In this document: positions 25,456-38,414 of the stretch, piece after piece
Layout of the letters: every line of letters starts with the position of its first letter
Position numbering within the stretch: the first letter of the stretch is position 1
DNA from: Octopus vulgaris
Lineage: Eukaryota
Reading direction: 5' to 3'
NCBI GenBank assembly: GCA_951406725.2
Contig: OX597814.1
Location: 18,104,001-18,168,000, forward strand
Length of the DNA: 64,000 nt
Notes under the pieces: model-generated
Told to the model about the DNA's origin: nothing
The model's database searches: none
The model's input: the letters and a program-made list of their open reading frames with translations, nothing else
Position numbers and translations under genes: made by a program

Positions 25456-25854
25456 CTAGCAGTATCGCCCGGCGTTGCTCGGGTTTGTAAGGGAAATAAC
25501 TATATAAGCATTTTTAGAGAGTTATAGCCAAAAAATAGCAACAAAAAATGCATTTAAAATGGGAAAAAAATTATGGTAAATTTTTTCAAAAATCGCTGAC
25601 TCATCGTAGACAGTTTTAGAGAGTTACTTCCCTTATATAATAGCGAAAAATGCATTAAAATGGAAAAAAATGATGGTAAATTATTTTTAAAATCGTAGAC
25701 ACATCGTAGACGCGCGCTAATACCCAGAAGGGCTCGATATAAATCACGACTATAAGATACCCGGTTTTGGTTAAACTGCACCGCAAAATGTGGGAGTAGT
25801 TAGGAATCTAAATCGTAGGAGACAAACACACAACTTGACTTTTATATATAAAGA
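25456..25854 (-). mobile_element. Non-autonomous Helitron H1, full length (about 400 bp)
   Basis: On the minus strand: 5' A|TC, 3' hairpin plus CTAG|T, no TSD. Near-identical to 46276-46672 and 53136-53526. Confidence 0.88.
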
Positions 25855-26430
25855 TAAAGATTTTTTTAAATAATTTTTTAAAAAACGTCACTAAACTTTG
25901 TGGAAGAAGTTTCTAATGTGTGTAAGCGCTTTCGATTATCTTTTCAAACACAAGTGTTCTTCGATAATGTCAGAAAGAGGAAGTTGTTACTTTTATAGTA
26001 GTGGTAGCAGTAACTATTTCCAGTTTATTTTCGCACTTAGGGTTTTCATGAAATATTCTTTCATAGTTAATCATATTTATCCAATATTTTGTAAAAAGGG
26101 AATACGTAAAGATTCTTTAACCATTGTTTATTATATGAAGTGCTGACTATTTTCGGTTTAGTTTCGGATTTAGAATTTTTATAAAGTATTCTTCATTTGC
26201 CTTATGTGTGCATGTGTGTGTGTGAGTGTGTGTGTGTGTGTATGTGTGTGTGTGTGTTTGTGTGTGCGTGCGTGTACGTGCGTGCGTGTACAACTATAAA
26301 ATTTTCAGAACTGGAAATCAAAACAGATATGCCAGATTTATTCATTTTATATAAGATACTCATACCTGAATCAGTAATTCTGACGTGAACATTTTCACAC
26401 GGCTATATTTGATAAGCTATTAAGACTTAC

Positions 26431-26653
26431 ACGATTCTTTGAAGCGGAGCGGTGAGCCGTTATGGAGCTGGTTTTTTTCTGTATAGACTACGTACGTAGT
26501 TGCCAAAATCAGATTCATATGGGGAAATTGTCTTTGCGCATGCGTTTTCTAAAGACTCTTGAAATCACTTCAAGTATCTTACTAAAACATCAGTTCATTT
26601 TGGTTGAAAATGACCCCTGTAAGTTTGAACAGATTGCCTTGAAAATGAAACAG
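26431..26653 (-). other. Candidate internal exon of a minus-strand transcript (5' UTR or non-coding)
   Basis: Strong acceptor TTTTTCTTTCATTTCAG| and donor |GTAAGT around non-repetitive sequence. Stops in all three frames of the 5' part. Confidence 0.3.
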
Positions 26654-26909
26654 CTGAAATGAAAGAAAAAGCGGGGCAGCTGTTAGTATATAGAAAGCAA
26701 AAGACCAGTATACAGAGGAAGAGAGGGGGTAACAACATAAATGCGCATGCGCGCGCGCGTGTTTTAGTTAGACACTTGTAGACCAAATGTACAACAACCT
26801 GGCATATTTCGGAATTGAATTAGCATATCAAAGGTCGAATTTTAAAGGTAACCACATGCACATTCCTGTTAATATTCATATTGAAAGAAGGCGGATTATT
26901 ATGTGAATC

Positions 26910-27890
26910 GTTTGCACATGGGGCGAAATGCTTTATGTTCAAGTTCCGAAGAGCGTGACTTTGCCTTTTATCCTTTCGTGGTCAATAAAATAACTACCAG
27001 TCGATCATTGAGGGCGATGTATTCAACTAAACCCTTCCTACGAAATTGCTGGTCTTGTGTCAAAATTTGAAATCGAGGCGGCGAGCCGGCAGAATCGTTA
27101 GCACGCCGGTTAAAATGACTGGCGGCATGCCGTCCATCATTATGTTCTGAGTTCAAATGTCGCCGAGGTCGACTTTGCCTTTCATATATTCTCTCAATAT
27201 AAGTTCAAATTGTTTCTAAAATACGGACAAATTTCACCTGAAATTTTGTGGAAGAAAACAATCGATTATATAGTCTAAGTACGTGATTGATACCTTATTT
27301 TATTGACACTGAAAAAAATGCAAAATGAACCTAACCTCACAGATATTGGAATCGAAAATATAAAGAGCCCGAACAAAGGCATTTGTTTCGAGGCCCTAAC
27401 GATTCAGCCAGCTTGTTACATTAAATAATAACAATGATCATATCCAATTTTAGCACATGGCCAGCAAGTTCGGTGGGTGGGCTACATCGATTACACCGAC
27501 CCCCAGTGCTTAACAGGTACTTATTTTATCGATTTTGAAAGGATGAAAGGTGGAATTTGATCGCAGAGCCTAAGAAAGAACGAAATACCTATTTCTTTAC
27601 TACCCACAAGGGGCTAAACACAGGGAGGACAAACGGACAGACAAACGGATTAAGTCGATTATATCGACCCCAGTGCGTAACTGGTACTTAACTTATCGAC
27701 CACCGAAAGGATGAAAGGCAAAGTCGACCTCGGCGGAATTTGAACTCAGAACGTAACGGCAGACGAAATACTGCTAAGCATTTCGCCCGGTGCGCTAACG
27801 TTTCTGCCAGCTCGCCGCCTTTTAGGACGAAATACCGCTAAGTGTTTTTTTCTGGCGTAGTAAAGATTCTGCCAACACCCCGCCTTAATA
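26910..27890. mobile_element. Cluster of family C SINEs in both orientations, including a young full copy at 27590-27820 (minus)
   Basis: Repeated GGCGGCGAGCTGGCAGAA head, GAGTTCAAATT B box and GTCGACTTTGCCTTTCATCC central block, which resembles the MetaSINE domain (from memory). Confidence 0.82.
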
Positions 27891-28247
27891 ATGATGATAA
27901 TTTATAATTTAGGCCCCAAGGTGAGTAATTTACAGAAGATTGTTCTCCCCGGTACCATTTACAGCAATGCATGACGGCTACGCAATTTCATGGACTACGG
28001 AGTGATGGAAATCCAGATTTCACCTTGGTAGCGTTTGGAATTAGAACGCAGAGACGGAAAAAATACTGCAAGATGTATAATTATTACTGCAACAAGGAGA
28101 TCAGTACCAGTAAGAATATCCGTATATTACAAATTATATAAATAAAAAAAGATAATACAAAAGACAAACGAAAAAAAAAAAAAACGATGTCAAGATAAGT
28201 TGAAACACTAAGGCTTTAAGTACTATTAAGGGGTACTTTAAGGTTAC

Positions 28248-28341
28248 CTGACAGGGGGTCTAGAATACTGAACCCATTTTCGTTATTTAGACTGATGTTA
28301 TTGGTTACCGAGAGACTCGTCACCTCCGTCCTCGTCGCCAT
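28248..28341 (-). other. Candidate ATG-containing exon (MATRTEVTSLSVTNNISLNNENGFSILDPLS)
   Basis: Good start context ACAATGG, locally CpG-rich, open to a CAG|GTAACC donor. No recognisable homology. Confidence 0.25.
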
Positions 28342-28857
28342 TGTAGATTCGTTCTCTAAACTTTCTAAGAACTTTTAAATTTTCAAATTCCTTTGTCGCT
28401 GCCTTATTTTTCTCTACATTGTCTTTTCTTGTTGGTATATATATCTACCCATAATCTCTCTCTCACTCCCCCCTCTCTCTCTATCTATGTATCTATTTAT
28501 CTCTTTCTCTCTCAATCTATCGCTTTCTCTCTCTCTCTCTCCCCACCTACTTGCCTACATAACACCGTATCTCACCGTCTGTCTGCCTCTCTCTCTCTCT
28601 CTTTTACAAGTCCCCCCCCACTTAATCGTCAGTTGTAGTAACGTCCTAGTGGAAAATACTTCTCGTATCGCCCACTTGTTCATTGTATACTTCTGGTATA
28701 ATGGATATGTCCTCAAGATTACAAATGTTTTAGATAAAAATCAATTATATAAATATTTTTTTCCCAAATGTCACTCGGTACAAACAATCCATAATTTCTT
28801 AAATGTAGTAGAAGACAGATTCACACAGATGCTGAAAGGAAGTTCGTCAATTTGTCT

Positions 28858-28907
<50 letters not shown>

Positions 28908-29289
28908 TAAATACATTTGTGTATGCGTGTATGTCTGAGTATTCGAGTGTATGCTTATATGGAAACTTGTGTTTTGGGAAAGAACTGGAGTTTGAATATT
29001 AATCACAGTATTTAATATTAAGCATATCAAATGTCATTGTAAGAGAGGAATATGAACTGCCCTATCTGCACAGATCAAAGACTCCATTATGGTCTTCTGT
29101 TTGTGTGTGTGTGCGCGCACACGTATATATATATATATGTGTGTATGTGTCTATGTATGTGTGTGTGCGTATGTAAATATATACATACATGTTAATATAC
29201 ATATATGTGTATCAGTTTTTTTATGACACCTTTTTCAAGAGCTCTAACTTGTATTTTTTCTACCTTAATTTTTAGATAAATAAAGTCAG

Positions 29290-29780
29290 ACTCAGCCAAT
29301 TAAAAGGCACGTTGTGATCGTTACCTTGAAAGCACGGTAAGTGATACAAGAATAGGTCGCTCCCTGATCATTCGCAGGGAAATTTCGAAAGTAACTGGGT
29401 ATCTGTTGATGAGATTCCAACATCAGCGGTTAAATGTAAAACGCAAAAATAGGGTCCTAATGACATCAGAGCAGGTAACTTTGTACAAAACGCCTAAGAA
29501 ACAATCGAAAAGTCAATAAGAGCCATTGCAAAGGACCTCAAGTTTCCTGTATGTCCCATCAGAAGAGTTGTGCATGAGGACCTCCGATACAAGCTGTGTG
29601 CAATGCGGAGGGGTCAGTTTATATCGGTTGTGACAAGAGAAAATCGTTCTATCCGTGCAAAGCGCTTACTAAACAGGTTAAAACAGCAAATGGTTGGAAT
29701 GTTTTGGGTTTTTCACCCATGCGAAATCTTCGATCAGGACAAAGGTAAACCGAAGAAACGACAGATGGTTATGCAGAATA
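29290..29780 (+). mobile_element. Tc1/mariner (likely DD37D/maT-type) transposase N-terminal remnant
   Basis: KSIRAIAKDL..IRRVVHEDLRYK..MRRGQFIS..TRENRSIRAKRLLNRLK..FDQD..VNRRNDRWLC, an HTH region leading to the first catalytic Asp. Frameshifted. Confidence 0.8.
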
Positions 29781-30537
29781 TTACTAAAAAAAAAAAAAAT
29801 GAAGCAAATCTAAATATTGGCTTGTTCTCACCGATATATCCTTGTGTAGATAAGTATTTTTCTGTGTCTTGTAAATATGTCAGGTAGCTGACAACATTTC
29901 AGAAAAACACATTTCCGTTTTACTCTGTTTACACTCTCGGACAATTTCTAGGTGAAAGCTTTCTAATGATGACAACCACAAGTCTTAGGTTTTTATGTAG
30001 TCAAAACAAATAGTCAAACCTTCCAGCAATGTTTATGTCCATTTTCTTTCCAGTTAGTTCGTTGTATACAAATTACATTTATAAGTGTTTCCTTTCTTTT
30101 CTTGTACATTAAACATGTATAAGACATAACCTTGATTGACATCTTTTACATCTTGTATACATTTTCCATTCATATTAATGGATTGGGATACATATGAATA
30201 TATATGAATAAAAAGAACTACTGTAATGATATACAATTTTAGTATTTTTGTTCTAGGTCATTGTAAACAAAGTATTTGGAATACTTTCCAGTGGAATAAA
30301 TTTCAACAGAGCTTATTTGAAAAGTAGATTATTTGAGCCACGGCAATCTCCGATGAGTTGATGTTCATGAGAGTATATTCATACAGTTAGCACAATTACA
30401 GTTTTTACGTCCAGACGATCAAAACCAGGTTTTAACTCTATTTTACTGTAATGTATTATCAGTCATATCTATAACAATAAACCGAGCATTTATATTTTAA
30501 AAGGGAGAACAGTGCCGTTATGAAGTCAATCACTCAA

Positions 30538-30787
30538 GCATTTTATCCGTTTCTACATTCTGAGCTGAGATTCTACCGTAGTCATTTTACCTTTCATTCT
30601 TTCGGGGTCGATAAAGCATGTACCAGTTCAGTACTGCAGTCGGTGTAATCGACTTAACTACTCACCAGGATAGTTAGACCTTGGGCGAATATGTGTAACC
30701 AATATTGATATATATATATATATATATATATATCTTTTACTCTTTTACTTGTTTCAGTGATTTGTCTGTGGCCATGCTGGAGCACTC
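30538..30787 (+). repeat. Local duplication unit (degraded SINE C, TA tract, SINE B tail); second copy at 32931-33175
   Basis: Both copies share the same junctions and private mutations. Confidence 0.85.
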
Positions 30788-31009
30788 CTACAAAATTTGA
30801 GCTCGCACCGCATAACTACATTGCGACAACACTTCTTTCTTTTTTTTTGTTTCTTTTTTTGTTTGTTTGTTTTGTGCTTCACTCAGTTCTGCTTTGAGCC
30901 ACAATATTCTGAAAGAAATCAAAGAAGAAAAGATCCAAAAAATATTCAAACAATATCTGGAGAAATTTTCTCCAAAATGTTTCAGAAACAAGCCACCAAC
31001 ACTCGAATG

Positions 31010-31490
31010 TTAGTTAGTTAGTTAGTTAATTTTTTAGCACAAAAGCAAAAAGCAAGGCCATGTAGGGGGACATGGAGTTATGTACAGGGTGGTGTTCATG
31101 TAAAGAGTTCAGGCCACTTGAGGTCAAGGGAGACTTTGAACAAAGCGGTCGTCGGCATCTTCATCTCGTCTGGCAGCTTGTTCCACGGATCCGCAACCCG
31201 GACGGAGAAAGCTCCTCTCCTTCGATTGAGATGAAATCGTCGCAGGTAGAGCTTTTTGGAATGACCCCGCAGCCGACGCTCTGGAGCAAGAGTGAAGAAC
31301 AGCTCTTTCGAGAGGTTACACTTTCCGCTTATGATGTTGTGAGCGAGAATGAGATCACCACTGTGGCGGCGTTTTTCTAGAGAATAAAGGTCGAGCGTCT
31401 TCAGCCTTTCTTCATAAGACAAATTCTTGAGACCATGAACCATGCGGGTAACCAGCTTCTGGACTCTTTCGAGATGCTGTATGTCTACAT
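31010..31490 (-). mobile_element. CR1-clade LINE 3' end (RT C-terminus, 3' UTR, (TAAC)n tail), 5'-truncated and apparently young
   Basis: Open frame LERVQKLVTRMVHGLKNLSYEERLKTLDLYSLEKRR..GDLI..RLRGHSKKL..AFSVRVADPWNKLP is the typical CR1 ORF2 terminus. Confidence 0.92.
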
Positions 31491-32245
31491 CTTGGTACAT
31501 AACAGTTCCTTACTCTCGAAAGTTACGATGTCCTGAACATAACGTAAATGTCTACTCTAGATGGCTCTATTAGGTAGGACATGGCTTGGACTAAGTTATC
31601 AAAAAAGTGATATAACCAATATTAATCAAACTCACTTTAGCAAACTTTAATCAAGATCTATTCTCAAAGCTTTGTTTTGGTTACAGTGTAGTCTATTTTG
31701 CAAGAACACAATGGTAAGAGAAACACACAATATTTAATGTTATAATGTTTCCGAGCTCTCTTCTTAATGATTACGGAGGAAAGAGAACAAGAAATTTCAC
31801 TTTCCCGAATTACAAATCGGATGGTAACTGCCAAATAGTCTTGTTCATTTCCAGTCTTAATAATTAACAAAGCAGGGACGAGGTTGTACTCAACACATAA
31901 AAGTCGCATAACATCAATAATTGTTAAAGATGAAAACATCTGATGCTCAGTATGTAAACGACTGCTGGAGAGACGTGAGAGAGATGATAGTAAGAGTGGG
32001 TTCAGGTTAAGGAGAGGATGAGGTAAGCTACTGCGAGCCTAAGGTTTTAATCTTGAACTGTACGCAGAAGAGAGGAAGATATTTGAGGGTACTTGACGGG
32101 CCTTAGTAGATGCAAATCAGAATAGAGTCACTTAAATAGACATAAAAATACACACACATACACCACACAAACACACGTGTGTGCGCAGTGAGATACATAT
32201 TTGTGCATTTTGATTGTCGCAATATATATATATACATATATATAT

Positions 32246-32634
32246 TGTGGCTGTGTGGTAAGTAGCTTGTTTACCAACCACATGATTTCGGGTTCAGTCC
32301 CACTGCGTGGCACCTTGGGCAAGTCTCTTCTACTATAGCCTCGGGCCAACCAATGCCTTGTGAGTGGATTTGGTAGACGGAAACTGAAAAGAAGCCCGTC
32401 GTATATATGTATATATATATATGCGTGTGTGTGTGTTTGTCCCCCTAGCATTGTTTGACAACCGATGCTGGTGTGTTTATGTCTCCGTTACTTAGCGGTT
32501 CGACAAAAGAGACCGATAGAATAAGTACTGGGCTTACAAAAAGAATAAGTCCCGAGGTCGAGTTGCTCGATTAAAGGTGGTGCTCCAGCATGGCCGCAGT
32601 CAAATGACTGAAACAAGTAAAAGAGTAAAAGAGT
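32246..32634 (+). mobile_element. SINE family B flanked by a long direct duplication
   Basis: Flanks 32156-32221 and 32635-32700 are identical but for one base, and both continue into TA runs. Confidence 0.9.
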
Positions 32635-32714
32635 ACATACACCACACAAACACACGTGTGTGCGCAGTGAGTTACATATTTGTGCATTTTGATTGTCGCA
32701 ATATATATATACAC

Positions 32715-32839
<125 letters not shown>

Positions 32840-33185
32840 CATATATATATATTGGTTACACATATTCGCCCAAGGCCTAACTATCCTGGGGAGTAGTTAA
32901 GAAGAAAGGCATAATGCTTAACGGTATTTTAGCATTTTATCCGTTTTCTACATTCTGAGTTGAGATTCTACCGTAGTCATTTTACCTTTCATTCTTTCGG
33001 GGTCGATAAAGCATGTACCAGTTCAGCACTGCAGTCGGTGTAATCGACTTAACTACTCTCCAGGATAGTTAGGCCTTGGGCGAATATGTGTAACCAATAT
33101 TAATATATATATATATATATATCTTTTACTCTTTTACTTGTTTCAGTGATTTGTCTGTGGCGATGCTGGAGCACCGCCTTTATAT

Positions 33186-33808
33186 ATATTATTAGTGAAT
33201 TGAAGAAATGGAGTTGAACGAAGATTGAACAGAAATCGTTTTATTGCATTCTACACGTGTTTCGAAAGGCACAATTTACCAAATTCCGATTGAATAATGA
33301 GACCATATTGTGTCTTTCTCTTCAGGAAGAAATAGGAAATCCGTTGGAATAAACAAAAACAGAACAGAGGCGGAGCAAAACAAATCGAACGAGGCTCCTA
33401 AGAGCCCATGGCCAAACTATTGGCCAAACTATTGGCCATGGGCTCTTAGGAGCCTCGTTCGATTTGTTTTGCTCCGCCTCTGTTCTGTTTTTGTTTATTC
33501 CAACGGATTTCCTATTTCTTCCTGAAGAGAAAGACACAATATGGTCTCATTATTCAATCGGAATTTAGTAAATTGTGCCTTTCGAAACACGTGTAGAATG
33601 CAATAAAACGATTTCTGTTCAATCTTCGTTCAACTCCATTTCTTCAATTCACTAATAATATTAAAATTCAATTATCCGCACCAACGCACGGTTGCAACAC
33701 CATATGGTTGTACCTCCAACCGTGCTGTCTTCTGCTGTGATTTTTGCTACCAAGGTATCGGTTAAACTTTTGATTAATCTGCAACAAGATTATTCATCTT
33801 TCTATTTC

Positions 33809-33812
<4 letters not shown>
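33186..33812 (+). mobile_element. (TA)n-embedded Penelope-like element with a 230-bp inverted 5' arm
   Basis: Palindrome arms 33186-33415 and 33432-33661 with one mismatch. The right arm continues to the TA tract at 33812. Contains a hammerhead motif. Confidence 0.75.
33513..33605 (+). ncRNA. Type I hammerhead ribozyme motif with intact core, mirrored on the minus strand at 33242-33334
   Basis: TTC-CTGAAGA-GAAAGACACAAT..ATTGTGCCTTTC-GAAA-CACGTG-TA-GAA. Stem II 11/12 bp with a G10.1-C11.1 pair, palindromic stem III ACACGTGT, GUA site after 33595. Confidence 0.75.
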
Positions 33813-33866
<54 letters not shown>

Positions 33867-33870
<4 letters not shown>

Positions 33871-34212
33871 AGTAATTGAATGAATTATCTTATTAAGGAT
33901 AATTCGAAAGATAACCGATACCTGGGTTAGCAAATTCACATCAGAAAGAACACGGTTGAAGCTACGTTCCTAGGGCATAGACTACTTGTCTTCGTGCGGA
34001 AATTTGTATGTTTATTTTAAAATTATAAGTATATGAAAGAATGGAGTTGAACGACTAGTTAACAAATATCCTTTATTCTCGCCATGGGCTACTTGGGAGC
34101 GGTCAGCTAAAAGTTTTTTGTGCATTTTGATGTCGACATAAGTCGATTTTCCTGATGAGAAATCTGCATAATGTACACCTTATTCCTTCGGAATTAGGAA
34201 TATGCAGCTTTC
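33867..34212 (-). mobile_element. Diverged relative of the 33186-33812 element, tail-to-tail across (TA)n, with its own inverted segment
   Basis: 33915-33965 is the reverse-complement homologue of 33709-33762, and GAATGGAGTTGAACGA is shared. 34152-34212 (plus) holds CTGATGA plus a long stem II, cut off before GAAA. Confidence 0.6.
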
Positions 34213-34217
34213 ATATA

Positions 34218-34257
<40 letters not shown>

Positions 34258-34289
34258 CACACACACACATATATATATGTATATATATG

Positions 34290-34321
<32 letters not shown>

Positions 34322-34371
34322 CATATATATATGTATATATATGTGTACGTATTGAGTGTACACATATTTAT

Positions 34372-34646
34372 ATAATGACGAAGGCTGCTATACGAAATTT
34401 TTAATTAAAAAGGAAAAGTTCAATTGTCATTAATTATGACTGACAGTGCAGGGTAGCACCTACATTGCTATAAATAAGAGTTAAAATCCCTTAGAGCAGC
34501 AAAAATGCACATGACAACACTCTAAGGGTTTTTAACCTTCATTTCTAACAATGTAGGTGCGTCATTGCACCGTCAGTTACAGTTAGTGACAATTCGATTC
34601 TTCCTTTATGGTTTTATATTGCGTATAACCGCCATAGTCGTTTTAT
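34372..34646. mobile_element. Old MITE/fold-back element (imperfect palindrome)
   Basis: AATTGTCATTAA..GCACCTACATTG..CCCTTAGAG pairs with CTCTAAGGG..CAATGTAGGTGC..TTAGTGACAATT. A further right-arm copy lies at about 34860-34930. Confidence 0.6.
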
Positions 34647-35159
34647 AATTGTCACATTACCATTTTGTAGAATTAGCAATTGATTCATAAGGTAAATACT
34701 ATAAAGCGACAGTCGGGATTAAGCAAAACCAGCCAGCAATGGAGGAGTAACGACCGATAATCTTTGATTTTAAGCGAAACTAGACTAGTATGGTGATCTC
34801 GCTCGCTGTGGCGTGGTTATTTTCCCAGTCAGTGAATAGACATGTACTTTTTTGCGGCTTTAAGAGTTTTTAACTCTTATTTCTAGCAAAATAGATGATA
34901 CCCTGCACCGTCATCAAAATTAGTGACAAGTAAAGTAAGATGGATGTTGGTCACGTGTGAGTAACGACAGGGAGTAAAGAAGAAAGAAGGAGAGAGAGAG
35001 AGACTGATAGAAAATGAGTCGTTCTTTATGTTACTTGTCTTGTTTTCCATTTGTTTTTCTCGTTGTTTGCGTATTCAGCTCATTTGTTTTCGTATTTCAT
35101 GTTGTTTACTGTTTATGACGTCCATATATCCATATACATATATATATGTATATGTGCGT

Positions 35160-35212
<53 letters not shown>

Positions 35213-36779
35213 GGCGCGCGCATATATATTATTTATATTATTATTAGATTGAACGCTACGCATCCATTTCCAAGTAAGTTTATCTTAATCTTTTTGATGC
35301 GACTCTACCCTAAACCGTTCTCTCCCCTATCATTTTCTCTCTCATCCTTTCTCTAATTCCTTTTTCCTCCCCTTCACCATTTTCTACCTGTCTCTTCCCC
35401 TCTCTTTCTCCTTTACTCTGTTTTGTTGCTCACACGTGACCATCGCCGATCTTCCTTTCCCTCACGTAAGGTTGAACTATCTTACCTCTCTCTCTCTTCT
35501 ATCTTTTCTGATGTCAAAGAAAATATTTCTCCAGCGTTCGCTATCTTACCTTCGTCTGGTCTAACGACTCTATATACATATATATAGACACACACACTCA
35601 CACATACACACACACACATACGTACGTATGTATGTATTGTTAGGAAATTATAAATTATAATGTTAAATTAAACAGGTAAGCAGTCTTTCATGCTGCACAG
35701 TAAAGTCAGGATGAAGTCCATTGTGAAATGGGTGGATGCTAGGTGTAATTAGCTCAAATTGTGAAACTATAACAAATTGGCTAGACCTTGGCAAACCTTT
35801 ATAAGCAGAGATAATTGTACTCACGAGATTTTTGTGACAGTTTTGTCTGCGAGACAAAGTTGTTCAATTGGATTCTAGAAGCTATGATTTCCTGTTAAGT
35901 TTCTGCACTTTGTGCTTCGTGTTAGGCATTTATGGATTTATTTTATGCTGCAGAAATTCGGCAGAACTTTTGTCAGATTTAAAATAATTTCTGTGACACA
36001 TCTGGGTCCAAGGTTCGAAATCCATGGTTCGAAATCCGAATTTGTACTAAATTGGAAATCAAGATTTTATGAAATCCAAATTTTTGGAATGCATATTTTT
36101 GAAAAACCAAATTTTTTGAAGCCAGATTTTGTGTGAGGCCAATTTTGATGAAACCAAAACCGGGATTCTGAGTCCAAATTTCTTAACTGTATCTATGTTA
36201 CCTTTATAAATATTTCAACTGCACGTCTGGTGTGACATTGATATTTTTGTTCGTGTATATATTTCTTTTTGAAAGTAGGCTGTTTTTTCCATGCTGACAA
36301 TTGGAAAACAATATTTTACAAAACATTTCATGCTGTGTTGTTATTTTGGGTTCACCCTATCCTCATTGATTCTGTAAATTCGGGTTATGGCCACCATGTC
36401 GTAACAGAATGTATGCATGTATGTATAAAATCGCTGGTCTTGTGCTTAGATAAAAAACAACAAGTATTATACGAGTGCAAATCCAAGCAGCTTCTGGGTT
36501 TATATTTTTCGTATTGATGCTGCCTAGGTTTCAGGCGTTACTTGCATACGTGGCACTAGATGGTTGTTTGTTCTGCAAGAGAGAGCAGCAAATATTTCCT
36601 ATAGATAAGACGTTAGCAAATGGAACGACAGAGGATAATTTTGCTGAGATACTTTTGATCGTTAATTCTTCTGCTCGTTTAGAGCTGACCTGAGACACAA
36701 GTAGAGCGTAAACAAAAAATATACAGCAAAGATAAAAAACGAAGATTCAACGTTATGAATCATAAAGTGGGAGAAAGCA

Positions 36780-37500
36780 TTCATAATCATCATGGAGAAA
36801 CAAAACAGGATTTTAAAAAATTTCTTTTTATCTCAGGATTTCTTGGAACTCCTGGAGACTTGCATGCGTAGCAGGCTTGCTGCGTTCAGCTTACGGCGCC
36901 ATGCGATCTGTCCTTTTCAATTATATCATACTTTCCTGATTATTCAGGCCATGCCAAGGTGGCAAACCATTTGTGACAGTTTTACTGGGCACTCTATTCC
37001 CAGTTCCTTTATATTTCTCTATGATGCCCCCCTGCTACTGTCCTCAAGGACCCAACAATATTTCGCACTATCTGCACCTTCTTCATTTTCCATAGCCGGG
37101 CTATTTCAGCTATATCAACTATATCGCATTTGTGGTGCGTCTTGTCGACCACCACTAGATCCGGTCTGTTATCCTGTGGCACCTGGTCTGTTTGGATTGG
37201 GAAATCACAAAGGATATTGCAAGTCTCCGACTCCGTCACTCTCTGCAGTTTGTGCTCATACTACGTCTTGCCTCTCTCTAGCCCCCACTTTTCGCACAGT
37301 TTCCACTGTAACACTTTCACTGCCTTATCATGTCGCCACAACTTGTAGTTGTTTTGGGTAAGTCTACAGCATTCGTTCGTGATATGGATAATGGTTTCGT
37401 CCAATCTATTACACATGTCGCACAGCGGAGACACATGCTCATTTCGAAGGTTGGCCTTATTTGTGGGAGAGAGTGAGTTCATATGCGGCACGAACATTTG
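36780..37500 (-). mobile_element. R4/Dong-clade LINE 3' remnant (second family)
   Basis: CDMCNRLDETIIHITNEC (CCHC), RHDKAVKVLQWKLC and DFPIQTDQ..NRPDLVVVDK..VDIA. Confidence 0.85.
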
Positions 37501-37576
37501 ATCACTATAAACAAATCATTTGTGCAGGTCGTTCGACAAAGGCTGAATACTCATACGTCGTCTTCGACGGATCAAT

Positions 37577-37690
<114 letters not shown>

Positions 37691-38414
37691 AGATGGCGGC
37701 GAGTTGATGGAATCATTAGCGCGGCGGACAAAATGCTTAGCCACATTTTATCTGTAATAATTTTGTTCTGAGCTCAAATTTCGCAATGGTCGACTTTAGC
37801 TTTCATTCATTCGGGGTAGTATTTTTCTCAGGTTTTCGTTCTAAACTCAAATTCAACAGAGGCTGACTTTGCAAACGTCTTTTTGGGGTCGATAAAATAA
37901 TTATTTGTTGAGAACTAGCATAGATGCAATTGATTAAACTCGGCCAACCAAAATTTCAAGCCTTTTGCCTATAATAGAAAATATTATTATCTTCACCAGA
38001 ATTATTATGTCATTATTTTTCTTTTTCTTTCCTTATTACGTTTTGTTTTAATAATACAGGTCTACAATATCATCGTTGTATACTCTGTATCTAGCTTTCT
38101 TATTTTCTATAGAGGAAAATTAACTCTGTGATAAATATTGTTGAATTTTCAAGATCTCAAACACAATCAAATATGGCGCCCGTCCTACGACATTTATATT
38201 TGATGAACCTCTCAACACTTCTCTATACATCACATTCTTCTCGCTTTCTCTCCTTCTGTCTTTCTCTTTCTCCTTTTCTCATTCATTCTCTCCTTTTTCC
38301 TAAGCCTCGTCTCTTCCTCCTCCTCTCAATCTCTCTTATTTCTTTTCTCTTACCGTGTTCTCTATTTCCTTCTCTTACCCTCCTCCTCCTCCTCTCTCTA
38401 TCCTTTTCTCCTTC

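Noticed and set aside
33310-33537. Nearly identical 71-aa ORFs on both strands
   Set aside because: A trivial consequence of the palindrome.
35650-36180. Possible LINE remnant and degenerate GAAATCCAAATTT tandem repeats
   Set aside because: Too decayed to assign.
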